A stretch of 55,530 nucleotides of DNA, taken from a virus (lineage: Duplodnaviria > Heunggongvirae > Uroviricota > Caudoviricetes). The DNA is taken from IMG/VR virus record IMGVR_UViG_2602041669_000011. One strand, given 5' to 3'. The notes beneath the pieces were generated by a model, which searched no databases, had not been told where the DNA came from, and worked only from the letters and a program-made list of their open reading frames with translations. The position numbers were made by a program, and so were the translations under genes. Every line of letters starts with the position of its first letter. The first letter of the stretch is position 1. Positions 22,358 to 33,348 of this stretch are shown here, one piece after another.

Positions 22358-22397
22358 AAGCCATCAATATTTCTATCGATGGCTTTATCCTTTTATT
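22358..22397 (+). terminator. Hairpin terminator between acetyltransferase and tfa (convergent)
   Basis: aagccatc / gatggctt 8-bp stem with 12-nt loop, followed by a T-rich run. Confidence 0.4.
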
Positions 22398-22971
22398 GCG
22401 GGGCGACTGGCCACTCAACATCCGATGCTACTGTTGTATCAACACGATTCAACAATACCCGATATGTCTTCCATGCAGTCAGTAACGATGCCTCTTCCTC
22501 CGTCGCAATATCCAAATCTACGGCATCCTGAAGTGGCGCAATATGCTCACTGGCCATCTGCATCAGGCTGTTTTTTGTTTCTTCCGCCTTCCGGATCCGG
22601 AACAGTTTTTCTGCTTCTGCATCTTTCACCCAGGCTGTGCCGTTCCACTTCTGAAACTCCCCTTCCGGGGATAACCAGGTGACATTTTCCGGTAATGGGC
22701 CAAGTTCAGAAATAAATAACGCGTCGCCGGAAGCCACGTCATAGACGGTTTTTCCCCGATGGTCTTCAACGAGATTCCACGATGCCTCATCACTGTTGAA
22801 AACGGCCACGAAGCCAGCCGGAATATCTGGCGGGGCAATATCGGTACTGTTTGCAGGCAGACCTGTATGAGGTGGAATGTATGCATCACCTTCACCAATA
22901 AACTCATTGGTTCCGGTCAGTAGATTATAAATTTTTATGGTCCGTGATTGTTCACTCATTCTGAATGTCAT
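22393..22971 (-). CDS. U: Tail fibre assembly chaperone (Tfa/U-like)
   Basis: 192-aa ORF immediately downstream of the tail fibre gene; resembles lambda Tfa / Mu U-type tail fibre assembly proteins. Confidence 0.75.
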   Translation of the reverse strand: MTFRMSEQSRTIKIYNLLTGTNEFIGEGDAYIPPHTGLPANSTDIAPPDIPAGFVAVFNSDEASWNLVEDHRGKTVYDVASGDALFISELGPLPENVTWLSPEGEFQKWNGTAWVKDAEAEKLFRIRKAEETKNSLMQMASEHIAPLQDAVDLDIATEEEASLLTAWKTYRVLLNRVDTTVASDVEWPVAPQ

Positions 22972-25820
22972 TATGCAAGCCTCACAATATAGTTAAATGC
23001 GATGTTTTTTACGGTGTTTTCTTCGTTACCCGTAGCGTTAACGGTGATGGTGTGTCCGTGGGGACCAATAATGACAGAATGGGCATGAGCACCAATGCCG
23101 ATAGTGTGGTTATGGGCACCGATATATACATTGTGAGCATGCTCGCCTGCGCTCGACGTGGTACCAGTACCTAACGCAGCGTTAAAACCGGCTGATACAC
23201 CATTCCCCGCGCCAGTGTGACCAACAGGTATATTGTGTGAATGATTTCCAGCGCTATTCGTAGTTTTTGTGCCGTAATCAAATGAACTGGTCGTTTTAGT
23301 ACCGTAATCAAACGACGATGTGGTTTTCGTCCCCAAATCCGTACTGGATGCGCTGGCGCTGTGGGTGTGCGATTTAATGCCGTCCTGTTCCTGAGACAAT
23401 ACGGCACGACCACTGCCGGGCTTGCCCTTAATCGTCCAGCCACGCATATCAGGAATAACGCCTGACGGATAAGCCGCTGCAAGTTTCGGGTATGCAGATT
23501 TGTCAAAAGTCTGCCCCTGCATCAGGGCATAACCAGACGGAACGGTATCTGATGGCCACGGGATTGGTGCGCCGACTGGGTAGCTTTCTGGTGGAAGATT
23601 TTTCGAGGTATAAACTTCTGCCCAGTCTTCCTCAAAACCATAACCGTCTCTTGAAGAACGGTAGAACAGACCACCATTTCTGTAATGCGCCTTCATCTGC
23701 AAGGTCGGGCAACTTCCGACTCCGGTATAGAAGTTAACCAGAATATAGCTGTCGGCAGAGCGAATGACATTGTAAGCGCCTGATTCGGCATTCCAGGGAA
23801 CGCCCCCATCCGCATCGGCATACGTATCCGTTGCTCTTCTGGCAAAAGCAGCAACATGCGCAGCGGTTAAAGTGATATCAGTAGAACCATCAAACGAGAC
23901 GCCATTGATAGTACATGCTGTCTGCAACTTGGTCGCTGTAGCCGCATTACCAGAGGTGTCCTGATCCCCTTTGGCATTGACGCCGGGAATTGAATCTTTT
24001 GACGTATAGACCTGCGCCCATTCAGACCAGTTGGCAGAATCAGTATCACGCCGCGAACGGATATGTACGGGCGCATGGTCACCGCTCGTGCCACTCCAGC
24101 CAATGAATAACTCACCTTCGCCAGCAGCGGTGGCACCTTTAAGGTGAAGCACATTGCCATAGGGGGAAGGGTAGCCATTGTTGTATGCCTCATACAGCTG
24201 AATCCCGGATGTTCCCTGTGCATTCGCCTCTAGGGCCGTTACGCGACCGCGAGATACCAGAGTATTGATATTAATGTCAGCCGAACCATCGAACCTGACG
24301 CCATTAATGTTTATGGCTGTTTTTAATTTCGTCGCGGTGTCGGCGTTCCCTGTCAGCGCCCCGGTGATCCCGCCGTTGAAACTCTGGCGCGCACTCCATG
24401 TGTTAGCCGTGCTCAACAGGGGGATCTTTTCACCGCTGGTACCGAGTTCTCTTAAACCAAGGTATTGGATAACGGCCTGTGTGCTTGTTTTAGCCAGAAT
24501 ATCGCGACCGACTGACGTTAAATCAGTCTGAGCTACCGTATCCTTACCAGTGAAATAAGGCAGTTTGTTTGCACCAGTCGCAAGGGCAGCGAGAGCGGTT
24601 AAAGTTGCATCCAGAGGCTGTTTGCCTGCCAGCGCATTTGTCATTGTTGTCGCAAAGTTCGGGTCATTGCCAAGTGCTGCGGCAAGCTCATTCAGGGTAT
24701 CAAGAGCTTCTGGTGATGAACCAACCAATGCGGATATGGCAGCTCTTACATAAGCGGTCGTAGCAATCTGCGTGTTATTCGTACCCTGTGCAGCGGTAGG
24801 CGCAGTAGGTATTCCCGTTAATGCAGGACTTGCTAAAGGCGCTTTAAGGGCCAGAGCATTGTTGATAGTTGTGCTGAAATTCGGGTCGTTATTGATCGCA
24901 GCAGCTATTTCTTTAAGTGTATCCAGTGTGCCAGGTGCACCGTTGATAAGTGCAGTTATAGCTGCCTTAACAAAGGCTGTATTTGCGATCTGTGTGCTGT
25001 TTGTACCTTGCGCCGCCGTCGGCGCGGTTGGCGTTCCTGTCAGACTCGGGCTTTCTATTGGCGCTTTGGTATCAGCAAGATCTTTTACAGACTTAACGGC
25101 TTTAGGGGTAGCCGCCATTGTTTCGCTATCGCTGTTAGTTTCGCTACTGAGCTGAACTAATCCCTTTTGCGTTGTGCTTGCATCCTGCGCCGTATACTTG
25201 CTTTTCGCCAGATCGTAGGCTTTTTTAACTGCCAGCGAACTTGCAGCAACATCACTTCTGCTACTGGTTACAGAGTCTGAAATATCAATGCCGATCGTGC
25301 GGTTAATACGCTCGGATGTATCAATCATCTCCTGGGTAATGGCTGATACTCCAGCAGGGATATTCACCGTACAAACAAGCAGCTCCCCATCTCCTAACTG
25401 ATATGAATCGGTATAGGTTCTGGTAACAAATTCAGCCGCATGAATATGTGACGCGGTATTAACCTGATAGGTATCCTCTCCAAGGAGGTATCTTCCCTTC
25501 AGCACAATTGCATATTTCTTGCCTGCACTAAGTGCAAGATGAATATCCGTACGTTGCTGAATAGTTACCTGGTAGAATTCACCAATATCCACCGACGCCG
25601 CGCCTGCGGTTTTATCTCCATCCACTGAGGTGATTAACAGGTTCATCCCACCGCCAGGCTTAGGTAAGAAACCGGCATAAAATCCCGGGTCAACAATCCC
25701 CCTGAATTTTCGGTTTAGCGCGGCTGACAGATATGGTTCGTGGTATTGCACATCAGCAACCAGAGCCAACGACTCGGGTGATGGGTAAGTAACCGATGTA
25801 ACAACTGTAACGTCATTCAT
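22971..25820 (-). CDS. S: Tail fibre protein S
   Basis: ORF 22971-25907; probable start at MNDVTVV (25820) overlapping the R stop; internal phage tail-fibre repeats ([21 protein letters not shown]... twice) and His-rich HxH C-terminal tip. Confidence 0.8.
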   Translation of the reverse strand: MNDVTVVTSVTYPSPESLALVADVQYHEPYLSAALNRKFRGIVDPGFYAGFLPKPGGGMNLLITSVDGDKTAGAASVDIGEFYQVTIQQRTDIHLALSAGKKYAIVLKGRYLLGEDTYQVNTASHIHAAEFVTRTYTDSYQLGDGELLVCTVNIPAGVSAITQEMIDTSERINRTIGIDISDSVTSSRSDVAASSLAVKKAYDLAKSKYTAQDASTTQKGLVQLSSETNSDSETMAATPKAVKSVKDLADTKAPIESPSLTGTPTAPTAAQGTNSTQIANTAFVKAAITALINGAPGTLDTLKEIAAAINNDPNFSTTINNALALKAPLASPALTGIPTAPTAAQGTNNTQIATTAYVRAAISALVGSSPEALDTLNELAAALGNDPNFATTMTNALAGKQPLDATLTALAALATGANKLPYFTGKDTVAQTDLTSVGRDILAKTSTQAVIQYLGLRELGTSGEKIPLLSTANTWSARQSFNGGITGALTGNADTATKLKTAININGVRFDGSADININTLVSRGRVTALEANAQGTSGIQLYEAYNNGYPSPYGNVLHLKGATAAGEGELFIGWSGTSGDHAPVHIRSRRDTDSANWSEWAQVYTSKDSIPGVNAKGDQDTSGNAATATKLQTACTINGVSFDGSTDITLTAAHVAAFARRATDTYADADGGVPWNAESGAYNVIRSADSYILVNFYTGVGSCPTLQMKAHYRNGGLFYRSSRDGYGFEEDWAEVYTSKNLPPESYPVGAPIPWPSDTVPSGYALMQGQTFDKSAYPKLAAAYPSGVIPDMRGWTIKGKPGSGRAVLSQEQDGIKSHTHSASASSTDLGTKTTSSFDYGTKTTSSFDYGTKTTNSAGNHSHNIPVGHTGAGNGVSAGFNAALGTGTTSSAGEHAHNVYIGAHNHTIGIGAHAHSVIIGPHGHTITVNATGNEENTVKNIAFNYIVRLA
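23253..23343 (-). repeat. Three tandem 30-bp coding repeats within S ([10 protein letters not shown] x3)
   Basis: Direct tandem repeats visible in the DNA and the translation. Confidence 0.6.
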
Positions 25821-25831
25821 CAAGCATATCC

Positions 25832-26266
25832 TTATGCTGTAGTCGTGTTTATGGCCATAACTGCGGTATATGTTTTGCCCACATACAGCGAGTCTTCCTG
25901 GACACAAATAATGGCGATTGGCTTGTTCTCGTTATCCAGAACAACCAGAGTGTTGAATGGGTAGTTTTTCCCTTCCTGCAACTGGCTTTGATCAAGGTCC
26001 ATTCGGACAGTAATTATCCCACCTGAGTAGGTTGGCACGAGGTTGATGGTACAAAATTGGCTGGTCAGTTCTGCCAGATCGAAAGCCTTTGGCAGTTCTC
26101 CAATCTCATAAGTGCCATCTCCTTTCTTAGTAACCAGAGAACTGGTACCGAAAACGGCCTTGCTGATTAAAAATCGAGAGCCTTTGTTAATGGACGATTC
26201 AGCGCGCCGCTGATAGTAATAGTCCAACAACTGACTCTTATAGAGGTTTGTTGAGACGTCAGACAT
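25832..26266 (-). CDS. R: Tail fibre-associated structural protein R (144 aa)
   Basis: 144-aa ORF directly upstream of S in the same operon; name by position. Confidence 0.5.
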   Translation of the reverse strand: MSDVSTNLYKSQLLDYYYQRRAESSINKGSRFLISKAVFGTSSLVTKKGDGTYEIGELPKAFDLAELTSQFCTINLVPTYSGGIITVRMDLDQSQLQEGKNYPFNTLVVLDNENKPIAIICVQEDSLYVGKTYTAVMAINTTTA

Positions 26267-26344
26267 GATTTTCCCTAATCACTGTTGTGAAGCCTCATTG
26301 TAAGAGAAGTAACTTGTCACCCCGCCCTGCGGACGGGGTGATTG

Positions 26345-27184
26345 TCAGGCGTCGCTATCCAGCAACAAATCATCTGCGCGGGTGCGATCAAACGTAGGTG
26401 TCGCTTTCACAATAGTGCCACCAGGCGTTGCGGTGATCGGGGCGCTAATCGACGTAACTCCAGTAAGCGAAGTTGTATCCGAAGTTTCAAACCAGCAGAA
26501 TGCTTTTTCGGTATCAGAAATCTCGTTCAAAGTGATCATGTCGGCCTGTTCATTTACAACAACCGACAAATAGAGCGTAAGCCCATCAAACACTATATGC
26601 AGTGGCAGTAGAGGCTTTACGAACTGATTAAACTTTCTGAGAATTTCTTCTGTAATTGCGGACTGATCTATCGTGCCAGTAATACCCATTGTCCGGGCCA
26701 GGTCGTTTATGGGAATACTGATCATCCCTCTGGAAGTCAGAAACATCTCGCCGAATGTGCCGCCGGTAGTCTCCAATGTGCTTTCTGGTATTAGAACTGT
26801 GCCATAGGGATGACGCTCAAGGTCCACCGGTGCATATATCGGATCCCATAAAACAGAAATACCGTTAAATTCGCGGTAAATTGTCTGGTTTATAGGACGT
26901 TCAGTTCCCTTAAAGTGGATCTCATCAAGCCGCTGTTGTAACAACATCGGAACGGAAGATGAGTCCGAGGTTCTGATAGTAAAGAACTGGCCAAGTTCAT
27001 TTGTCCTGGTCTCCAGATCCTCCTTGCTCATGGAGAAAATAGACTTCCGGTTGGTAATTCGCTCCAACCATGGGTCAACAAAGGTGTCCATCATTGACTG
27101 AACCAAATCAGCCAATGATTTATAGAGCAATGACTTTTGCTTAGCTGATGTAAGCCGGTTATTAAACCAGGAACGCTGCATCAC
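26345..27184 (-). CDS. Baseplate protein (P1 gene 16-like)
   Basis: 279-aa ORF overlapping the bplA stop, in the baseplate/tail fibre operon. Confidence 0.45.
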   Translation of the reverse strand: MMQRSWFNNRLTSAKQKSLLYKSLADLVQSMMDTFVDPWLERITNRKSIFSMSKEDLETRTNELGQFFTIRTSDSSSVPMLLQQRLDEIHFKGTERPINQTIYREFNGISVLWDPIYAPVDLERHPYGTVLIPESTLETTGGTFGEMFLTSRGMISIPINDLARTMGITGTIDQSAITEEILRKFNQFVKPLLPLHIVFDGLTLYLSVVVNEQADMITLNEISDTEKAFCWFETSDTTSLTGVTSISAPITATPGGTIVKATPTFDRTRADDLLLDSDA

Positions 27185-28614
27185 TCCTCCTCATACGAAA
27201 TATTAAAGGTGGAGTTTTCTGTATCCAGATAAACGAAATCGTAAAAGCCGTTGGACTCATTCCACTCGACAAATTCCAGATAAAAGTCGCGGAAATAACC
27301 CAGCGTTTCGATAAACGCCCAAACGTCTTTTTTCTTAATCAGGATGTACTTCCCGACGCGGTTCGGATCAAAGAAAGTTGAGTCGCGCCCAAATTTTGTT
27401 TCCAGTGCCGACTTCAGCTCATCGGTCACATTCTCAATGGTCAGGCTTGCCGATATCCGTCCGGTGATGGTTATCTTAAATGGTAGTTTTCTGACCTCTT
27501 TATACGAGAATTTCTTGTTCAACTCATTCGGCACCTTCTTAAAGGCAGCCAGGATCATTTCTTCAAGCTCTGACTGGCTTTTATTTGGATGCCACCCTGA
27601 AATAAATATCTTATTGATATTCCGAACATTATAAGCACCATCTAATTTCTCTTGCTGGCCTTCGCCCCATGCCTTTACCCATGACAGTCCCGGGATGTTA
27701 CGCACCAGAAAATACGTATAGTCCCCGCCCCATACGACCTGATCATCATAGGCAAGGTAATATTGTGCACGATTACGTGTGATCTCCGTTGTTTCGGCAT
27801 CGGTACCTGCGGTTATGGGTGTCGTTGTCTTAACTGAAATCAAATTAGCTAAATTAGCCGCAGAATCGACAGGCGTCAGATTTTGGCCAGCAACCAAGGT
27901 TATATCTCCGTTGGTGCACCATACCTTAAGTGTAATGGTCGAGCCTTCTGGCGGTATTTGCCCAATTAGCCCATCACCGAATCGAACCCCCAACTGCTCG
28001 GATGGTTTATAAAACTCAACGTAGACTTGGCTTTTACTACCGGCTAACCGGAACATAGTGCTGGAAGACCACTGCGTGGTCTTACCATCGGTCGTCACGA
28101 ATACTTCCAGCTTATAGCAGACAGCAGTGAGAGCCTTTGATAACACGACTTCCAGAAATTCTTTGGCTGCCGTAACGGTATATGTCACCTCCTGGATTTC
28201 CAACTGTGCCACTTCTACCGTACCGGTGCCGTCAACCAACCTGCATACATCCATAGTCATGTAAGGGTACTGGTCGTCAGATATTAAAGGCATGTTTTTG
28301 GGGATTACCGCTGGGGCATCTTCACTTGTGGCGGTGATCTCAATCATCCCCGATGACGGTGTTGGCTTGGTACCAACGTAACTATTCGTTTCTGCCGCTG
28401 CCAGGATAGAGGAACGCCGCGTCGCGGTCGATATAAAGCCTTCAGCCAGCGCCGCATCGGCATACTGAAAGCACCTGTAGACAATCTGGGTAATAAACAA
28501 TGTCAGCATCGAGACAAATTGAGAGCCGACAAACTTCGACCAGAATGAATCTTTCTCGACAAGCTCTTCAAACTCTGCACGAATACTGTCTTTAGTCGGT
28601 GTTGTTTTACTCAT
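27181..28614 (-). CDS. bplA: Baseplate protein (BplA / J-like)
   Basis: 477-aa ORF, overlapping start/stop with neighbours; size and position match a baseplate J-like protein. Confidence 0.5.
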   Translation of the reverse strand: MSKTTPTKDSIRAEFEELVEKDSFWSKFVGSQFVSMLTLFITQIVYRCFQYADAALAEGFISTATRRSSILAAAETNSYVGTKPTPSSGMIEITATSEDAPAVIPKNMPLISDDQYPYMTMDVCRLVDGTGTVEVAQLEIQEVTYTVTAAKEFLEVVLSKALTAVCYKLEVFVTTDGKTTQWSSSTMFRLAGSKSQVYVEFYKPSEQLGVRFGDGLIGQIPPEGSTITLKVWCTNGDITLVAGQNLTPVDSAANLANLISVKTTTPITAGTDAETTEITRNRAQYYLAYDDQVVWGGDYTYFLVRNIPGLSWVKAWGEGQQEKLDGAYNVRNINKIFISGWHPNKSQSELEEMILAAFKKVPNELNKKFSYKEVRKLPFKITITGRISASLTIENVTDELKSALETKFGRDSTFFDPNRVGKYILIKKKDVWAFIETLGYFRDFYLEFVEWNESNGFYDFVYLDTENSTFNISYEEE

Positions 28615-28970
28615 AGCACCACGTCCTGTGTGATAGTTATATCCCTGATACGAATGGATATTTTCAACTTATCAAAAGCATCTCCCTCGGCTACTGACAA
28701 GCCAGAAATCGGTATGTCAGGTAAATCTACCGTCAGTTTTTGCAACAGCATTGCCTCAACCGCAATTTGAACATGCGACAAGTTGGTCGGTTCGTGTTTA
28801 AACTGCGGTAAAACATTGCCCCATGACGGATCTCCGTATACCTCACCCTGATAAGTGTTTAGCCACTCATATAAACGAGCGCCCCAGGCCTCCTCCTGGG
28901 ACTCATACGTTTTTACGCCGGATAACTCCAGCGTCAGCAAAGGATCAATTTCGTTATTGTTGGCCATCAA
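28611..28970 (-). CDS. pmgA: Baseplate wedge protein (gp25/W-like)
   Basis: 119-aa ORF between sit and bplA; size and context typical of GPW/gp25-like proteins. Confidence 0.4.
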   Translation of the reverse strand: MMANNNEIDPLLTLELSGVKTYESQEEAWGARLYEWLNTYQGEVYGDPSWGNVLPQFKHEPTNLSHVQIAVEAMLLQKLTVDLPDIPISGLSVAEGDAFDKLKISIRIRDITITQDVVL

Positions 28971-31900
28971 TCAACTCTCGCGTAGTCATTCATCAACGGA
29001 TCATCAATTGACAGTGGTACCGTGCGCATAACGCCCGGCTGAGGCGTGCTGACCTTTACGACAGTTCCCTGGCCTTTCGCCGAGTCTTTAGTGTGCTCTT
29101 CAATCCTGGCAAGCAATGAGGTCATCTGCGCAAACAGCCGCTTCGTTTCACCATCAAGTGAAACGGTATTATCAGCCAACTGCATTGTCGGCTTGGCACC
29201 GGAACCGCCAAGGTCACTAATAACCTGCCCGTCTATCTGCATACGACCGGTTGGTTGCTGCAAATCGTTGGCGGCAGTCGTCACCTGGGACGTGGAGGCT
29301 GGTTCAGGCGCATTATTTTTCCGCATCCCCGGCGAGTTGCGGAGTTTATCGAATAGTCCATCAATCCCCATTTGTGCGCCGAGATGGTCAAAGTAACTTG
29401 AGTTGTTGGCCACCGGACGCGCCTCTTCAACTGGCATCGGAGTATCAACATACACATTGCCAGCTGCTGTTGCGGTCCCCTTCCCTCGTGCACGTTCTTC
29501 TAGCGTTCCCTGAACGACTTCCCGACGCATCCCCCGGCCATTCATGAATTTGTTGACCAGATCGTTAACGCCAACAGCATTGCCGATTTTGTCGACCAGA
29601 CCGCCTTTCTCAAACGGGCTATCACCAAGGGTAAACGCCAGGCCAGTAGACTGATCGATAACAGCGTTATCAGGCAGTGGTCCCCTCACTCCATATTGCG
29701 CCCCACCCTGTGCTCCTGCCCCAGGTGTATAGATTTCACCACCTAAATAGCGAGCACGATGAGTATTGACCTTGATCGCGTACTCACGGTTTTCTTTCGA
29801 TAAGTCACCTGTGCCTTTTTTCCACTTATTGATAGTGCCAAACCCTGCGTTATATGCAGTGATGGCCTCGTTTAAGTCTCCATTGGCTTGCTTCAGATAC
29901 TTGCTCATGAGAAGAGCCGCAGCTTCTGCCGATTTCACAGGATCAAATGCATCCTGTTCCGATATCCCTGTCTCTTTACGAGCAATACTCGTGAACTGGA
30001 ACATCCCGAGTGCGCCACCACTTAACTTTCCATCTGGTGATCTTGTAAGCGGAGACTTTGCGTTAGGATCCCCTCCTGATTCAGTTGCAGCAATCGCGTA
30101 AAGAGTGCCTTCTGGAAGACCATATTTATTCTCTAGTTCAGCAAAATATGGAGCCAACTTATCGAGATTTGCCTTACCTTCAGCGCCAAGACTTCCTACT
30201 TTTACATCCAAGTTGCCATTGTTGTAGGTATCCGCAGCTTTCTGAATATCATTCCTGGTTCCAGTAGTATTACGCGACGATGATGACGAGCTATTTTGAC
30301 CAATAGCTTTATCAATTTTCTGCAACGCGCTATTGCCCGTTTCTACAGCATTTGCATTGATTATCTGATTGGCAGTTTCTTTAACTGTTTTATTGCTATC
30401 TTTCGCCGTATCTAGGGATGCATTTACAACACGAGTGACAATATTAGCCTTTTTAGAGGTATATTCAGTCTTAGGAGCATTGTCCTCCTGACGTTCTTTA
30501 GCAGGTGTTTTTAATTCAGGTGTAACCTCTTTCGCATCCGCTTTATTGACTAGCTTTGATGCAACCCAGGCCACTGGGGTGCTCTGAACAGCGGCATCTG
30601 CAACCTCACCTGAAAGCTCTTTTGCGGCACTCCATAGATTACTGCCAGCTTCTTTAATGTATTTCCCTGGGTTCTTAATGAAATCAATTGCACTATCAAT
30701 TGCATCACTGAAAACCTGTTTCAGGTTATCGACAGTAAAGAAGTTTTTGATGGCGTCTAATTTTTCGTTCAGATTCTTTGTTGTGTCACTGAACCATGCT
30801 GAAATAGCATCACCAATCCTTGCGGTATAATCACTAAATATCGTGGATATAGTATCACCAAGGTTAGAAATATATGTTTCTAAATTGGTAATCCCACTAT
30901 CAATGGCCTGGGCAATACTTTCCGTCGAAAATGATTGCAACATATTGCCGATATCCTCAAATCCAAGTGATTTGAGAACCTCACCAATGGCGCTGCTAAT
31001 ACCAGATACCAGTCCCCCCATATCAAGAACATTAGCTAACGTATAAGCGGCTTTTTGCTGGAATGATGGATCTTGTCCTGATTTAAGCCCAAACGCTCGA
31101 CGTTGCGCTTCTGTATCATTCCAACCGGTTACCGCACCATAAATACCTCCAGCCACTGTGCCAACTAGGGGAATTGCGCGTAACGCCCCTTTACCAACTG
31201 CCTTTAATCCAAGTTTACCTGCTGCCCGGGCAGCCAAATCTCCGCCTTCATGAGCGAGAGTCTTCTTGCCACCACCGCGTAGCATTCCTACAAGTTTCTT
31301 TGCCCCCAGAGCGCCAAAAGCGAGTGCTCCAGCTTTTTTCAGCATGCCACGCCCCATTAACAACGACGCGACGCCACCGGCCCCCTTCCCTAACAGGCTA
31401 AATAGTTTGGACAGCAAGCCGCCCTTCTTTTTACCGGTGTTTTTGGCTATCTGATCAAGGGCACGGAGAATCTTGTCATTGCCCTCTTTAATTTCGCTGG
31501 TCTGCTCCTGAAGTTCCTGAACCGTCCGTTTTTGGGTGTTAACCTGAACGACATCGGCACTATTTTGCGATTTACGCCTAAAAAAACCTTTTCTACGGCT
31601 GTTATCGTCATTGCCACGAATCACATCGGCAATAGACTTTCTGGCACCATTAAGCGATCCACCAACTTCTTTTGATATCCCGCCAAGCTCCTTCCCTGCT
31701 GCCCACAATGGACCAGCAACGGCATAACCTAACGCATCGACGGCACGAGTCTCTGAAGGGTTACCTATGCCTTCAGCTACTTTTGACAGTTTTTTTAATA
31801 AACCTGATTCAGCATTTAGACGCTCATCATCCTCTTTGCGCCTGGCCTTTTCAGCACGTTCAGCACGGGCATCTTCCGCTGCGGCCTTACTCCCTGACTT

Positions 31901-32371
31901 TCCAATAAAACGACCACGCGCATCGCGTTGGTTTTGGCTTTTTTGCGCACCGCCTTTTTGACCGAACATTTCGCGAGCGTGTTCGGCTGCTTCGGTCCGT
32001 TGCGCCTTTACATCTTCTGTTATAGCCTTCTTGCGTCGTTTTTTACCCTTTCGCGTAGTTGATTTGGCCTGCGGTTCCTCTAGAGCAACATCCTCCTGAA
32101 CTACACGAGAAACGTCCCCTAAATTAAGCCGTTTCATTGCCTCAACAATAGGGTCCACGGATGGCGCATTGGTCACAAAGTCTGGCCGGGAATTTTCGAT
32201 TGTGCGATTTAATGCCGACACACTGCGAGAGACAGGATCAACAGTTGCAACGCGTCCCCCTTTCAAATCTTCAACAGCTTCCCGGATACCTGCAAGCTCT
32301 TCCAGCTCTTTTGCGCTGGCGATTTCAACTGTCCTTATAACATCGTCAATGTTGGCGTTTTTTCTTTCCAT
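28967..32371 (-). CDS. sit: Sit structural injection transglycosylase / tape-measure-like protein
   Basis: 1134-aa ORF; Gly/Lys-rich helical N-terminal half; lytic transglycosylase motifs (ES...GMFQF...AYNAG) in the C-terminal half. Confidence 0.85.
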   Translation of the reverse strand: MERKNANIDDVIRTVEIASAKELEELAGIREAVEDLKGGRVATVDPVSRSVSALNRTIENSRPDFVTNAPSVDPIVEAMKRLNLGDVSRVVQEDVALEEPQAKSTTRKGKKRRKKAITEDVKAQRTEAAEHAREMFGQKGGAQKSQNQRDARGRFIGKSGSKAAAEDARAERAEKARRKEDDERLNAESGLLKKLSKVAEGIGNPSETRAVDALGYAVAGPLWAAGKELGGISKEVGGSLNGARKSIADVIRGNDDNSRRKGFFRRKSQNSADVVQVNTQKRTVQELQEQTSEIKEGNDKILRALDQIAKNTGKKKGGLLSKLFSLLGKGAGGVASLLMGRGMLKKAGALAFGALGAKKLVGMLRGGGKKTLAHEGGDLAARAAGKLGLKAVGKGALRAIPLVGTVAGGIYGAVTGWNDTEAQRRAFGLKSGQDPSFQQKAAYTLANVLDMGGLVSGISSAIGEVLKSLGFEDIGNMLQSFSTESIAQAIDSGITNLETYISNLGDTISTIFSDYTARIGDAISAWFSDTTKNLNEKLDAIKNFFTVDNLKQVFSDAIDSAIDFIKNPGKYIKEAGSNLWSAAKELSGEVADAAVQSTPVAWVASKLVNKADAKEVTPELKTPAKERQEDNAPKTEYTSKKANIVTRVVNASLDTAKDSNKTVKETANQIINANAVETGNSALQKIDKAIGQNSSSSSSRNTTGTRNDIQKAADTYNNGNLDVKVGSLGAEGKANLDKLAPYFAELENKYGLPEGTLYAIAATESGGDPNAKSPLTRSPDGKLSGGALGMFQFTSIARKETGISEQDAFDPVKSAEAAALLMSKYLKQANGDLNEAITAYNAGFGTINKWKKGTGDLSKENREYAIKVNTHRARYLGGEIYTPGAGAQGGAQYGVRGPLPDNAVIDQSTGLAFTLGDSPFEKGGLVDKIGNAVGVNDLVNKFMNGRGMRREVVQGTLEERARGKGTATAAGNVYVDTPMPVEEARPVANNSSYFDHLGAQMGIDGLFDKLRNSPGMRKNNAPEPASTSQVTTAANDLQQPTGRMQIDGQVISDLGGSGAKPTMQLADNTVSLDGETKRLFAQMTSLLARIEEHTKDSAKGQGTVVKVSTPQPGVMRTVPLSIDDPLMNDYARVD

Positions 32372-32452
32372 GATCTTATCGCCTACCGTTTCGGTTTAAG
32401 TTTTTCTTCCAGTTTCTCCAACAGGAAAAACGCATAGGATTCAGTAAGCCTT

Positions 32453-33334
32453 TCAGCGTCCTGAATCGGTATACCCCCATACAAAACCAGGTTGGACACT
32501 AAGGTCTGATAGCTTTTCAATCCCCACCTGTGGAATGAAGTCGGTAGCCCGAAAGGGCACCCACAGACGGGTGTACGCACCCTCTGTGGACTCCTTTGTA
32601 TCCTGGTTTGGGCATTTGTGCGGCGGGAGACGAAGACGCATTTCGCCTTTATCGATGTAGCACGGTAAACCATGTTCGAGCTTTTCATGAGCCAGCCGGA
32701 TGTGTGCCGCCAGCTTCATAAATTCAGTATCAATGGCCATCCGTTTGATCGTTTCATAACGACGCTCAGCCTGATCTTCACGAGTACCACTAACATCGTT
32801 ATAAAGCTCACACTGATAAGCGAATTCCCAAAAACGCAAATCAACGATCGCTTCTTTGAATTCCGCGTCGTCTTCAGGTGGCAATGCTGCTCGGCGCATC
32901 TCCAGCATTTCCATTGCCCAACCATCAAGCGGCACGATACGCCATTGATAAGGCACGCCCTCTACAGACACCTCAATATCGTCAATGAACGGTTCCACTT
33001 CCAGGACCTGGATATCTTCAGCCAGAGCATTCATATCGCAATCGTAATAATGCTCTTTACCGCAATGTTTACAGGTGTAGGTAAATGTCTCGATCGGTGT
33101 TTCGCGGGAGCCAGTAAATATCCACCATAACGCGGTAATCCGGTCCTGCGCCGTCCATGTCAGGGGATCATGTTTCACGGGTTCAGCCAGCAAGGCTTTT
33201 AAATACGCTGTTGTCTGCTGTTCTTGTTCCTCCGGTGTTATCGAGTTGAAACGCATCGCATCAGCAATATTTGGCTGACGGAACTGGATTAATTCAGTTG
33301 GCCGCGATGGTAGCGGGAAAAGGGGTAAAAGCAT
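32453..33334 (-). CDS. Tail/baseplate morphogenesis protein (hypothetical, 293 aa)
   Basis: Co-oriented ORF upstream of sit; Cys-rich CKHCGKEHYYDCD motif. Confidence 0.45.
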   Translation of the reverse strand: MLLPLFPLPSRPTELIQFRQPNIADAMRFNSITPEEQEQQTTAYLKALLAEPVKHDPLTWTAQDRITALWWIFTGSRETPIETFTYTCKHCGKEHYYDCDMNALAEDIQVLEVEPFIDDIEVSVEGVPYQWRIVPLDGWAMEMLEMRRAALPPEDDAEFKEAIVDLRFWEFAYQCELYNDVSGTREDQAERRYETIKRMAIDTEFMKLAAHIRLAHEKLEHGLPCYIDKGEMRLRLPPHKCPNQDTKESTEGAYTRLWVPFRATDFIPQVGIEKLSDLSVQPGFVWGYTDSGR

Positions 33335-33348
33335 CCTTGCTCCTTAAT

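Noticed and set aside
26270-26345. GC-rich hairpin (caccccg ... cggggtg) between gene 16 and R as a terminator
   Set aside because: No T-run follows on the transcribed strand and it lies inside an operon; possibly an RNA structure but not called as a terminator.
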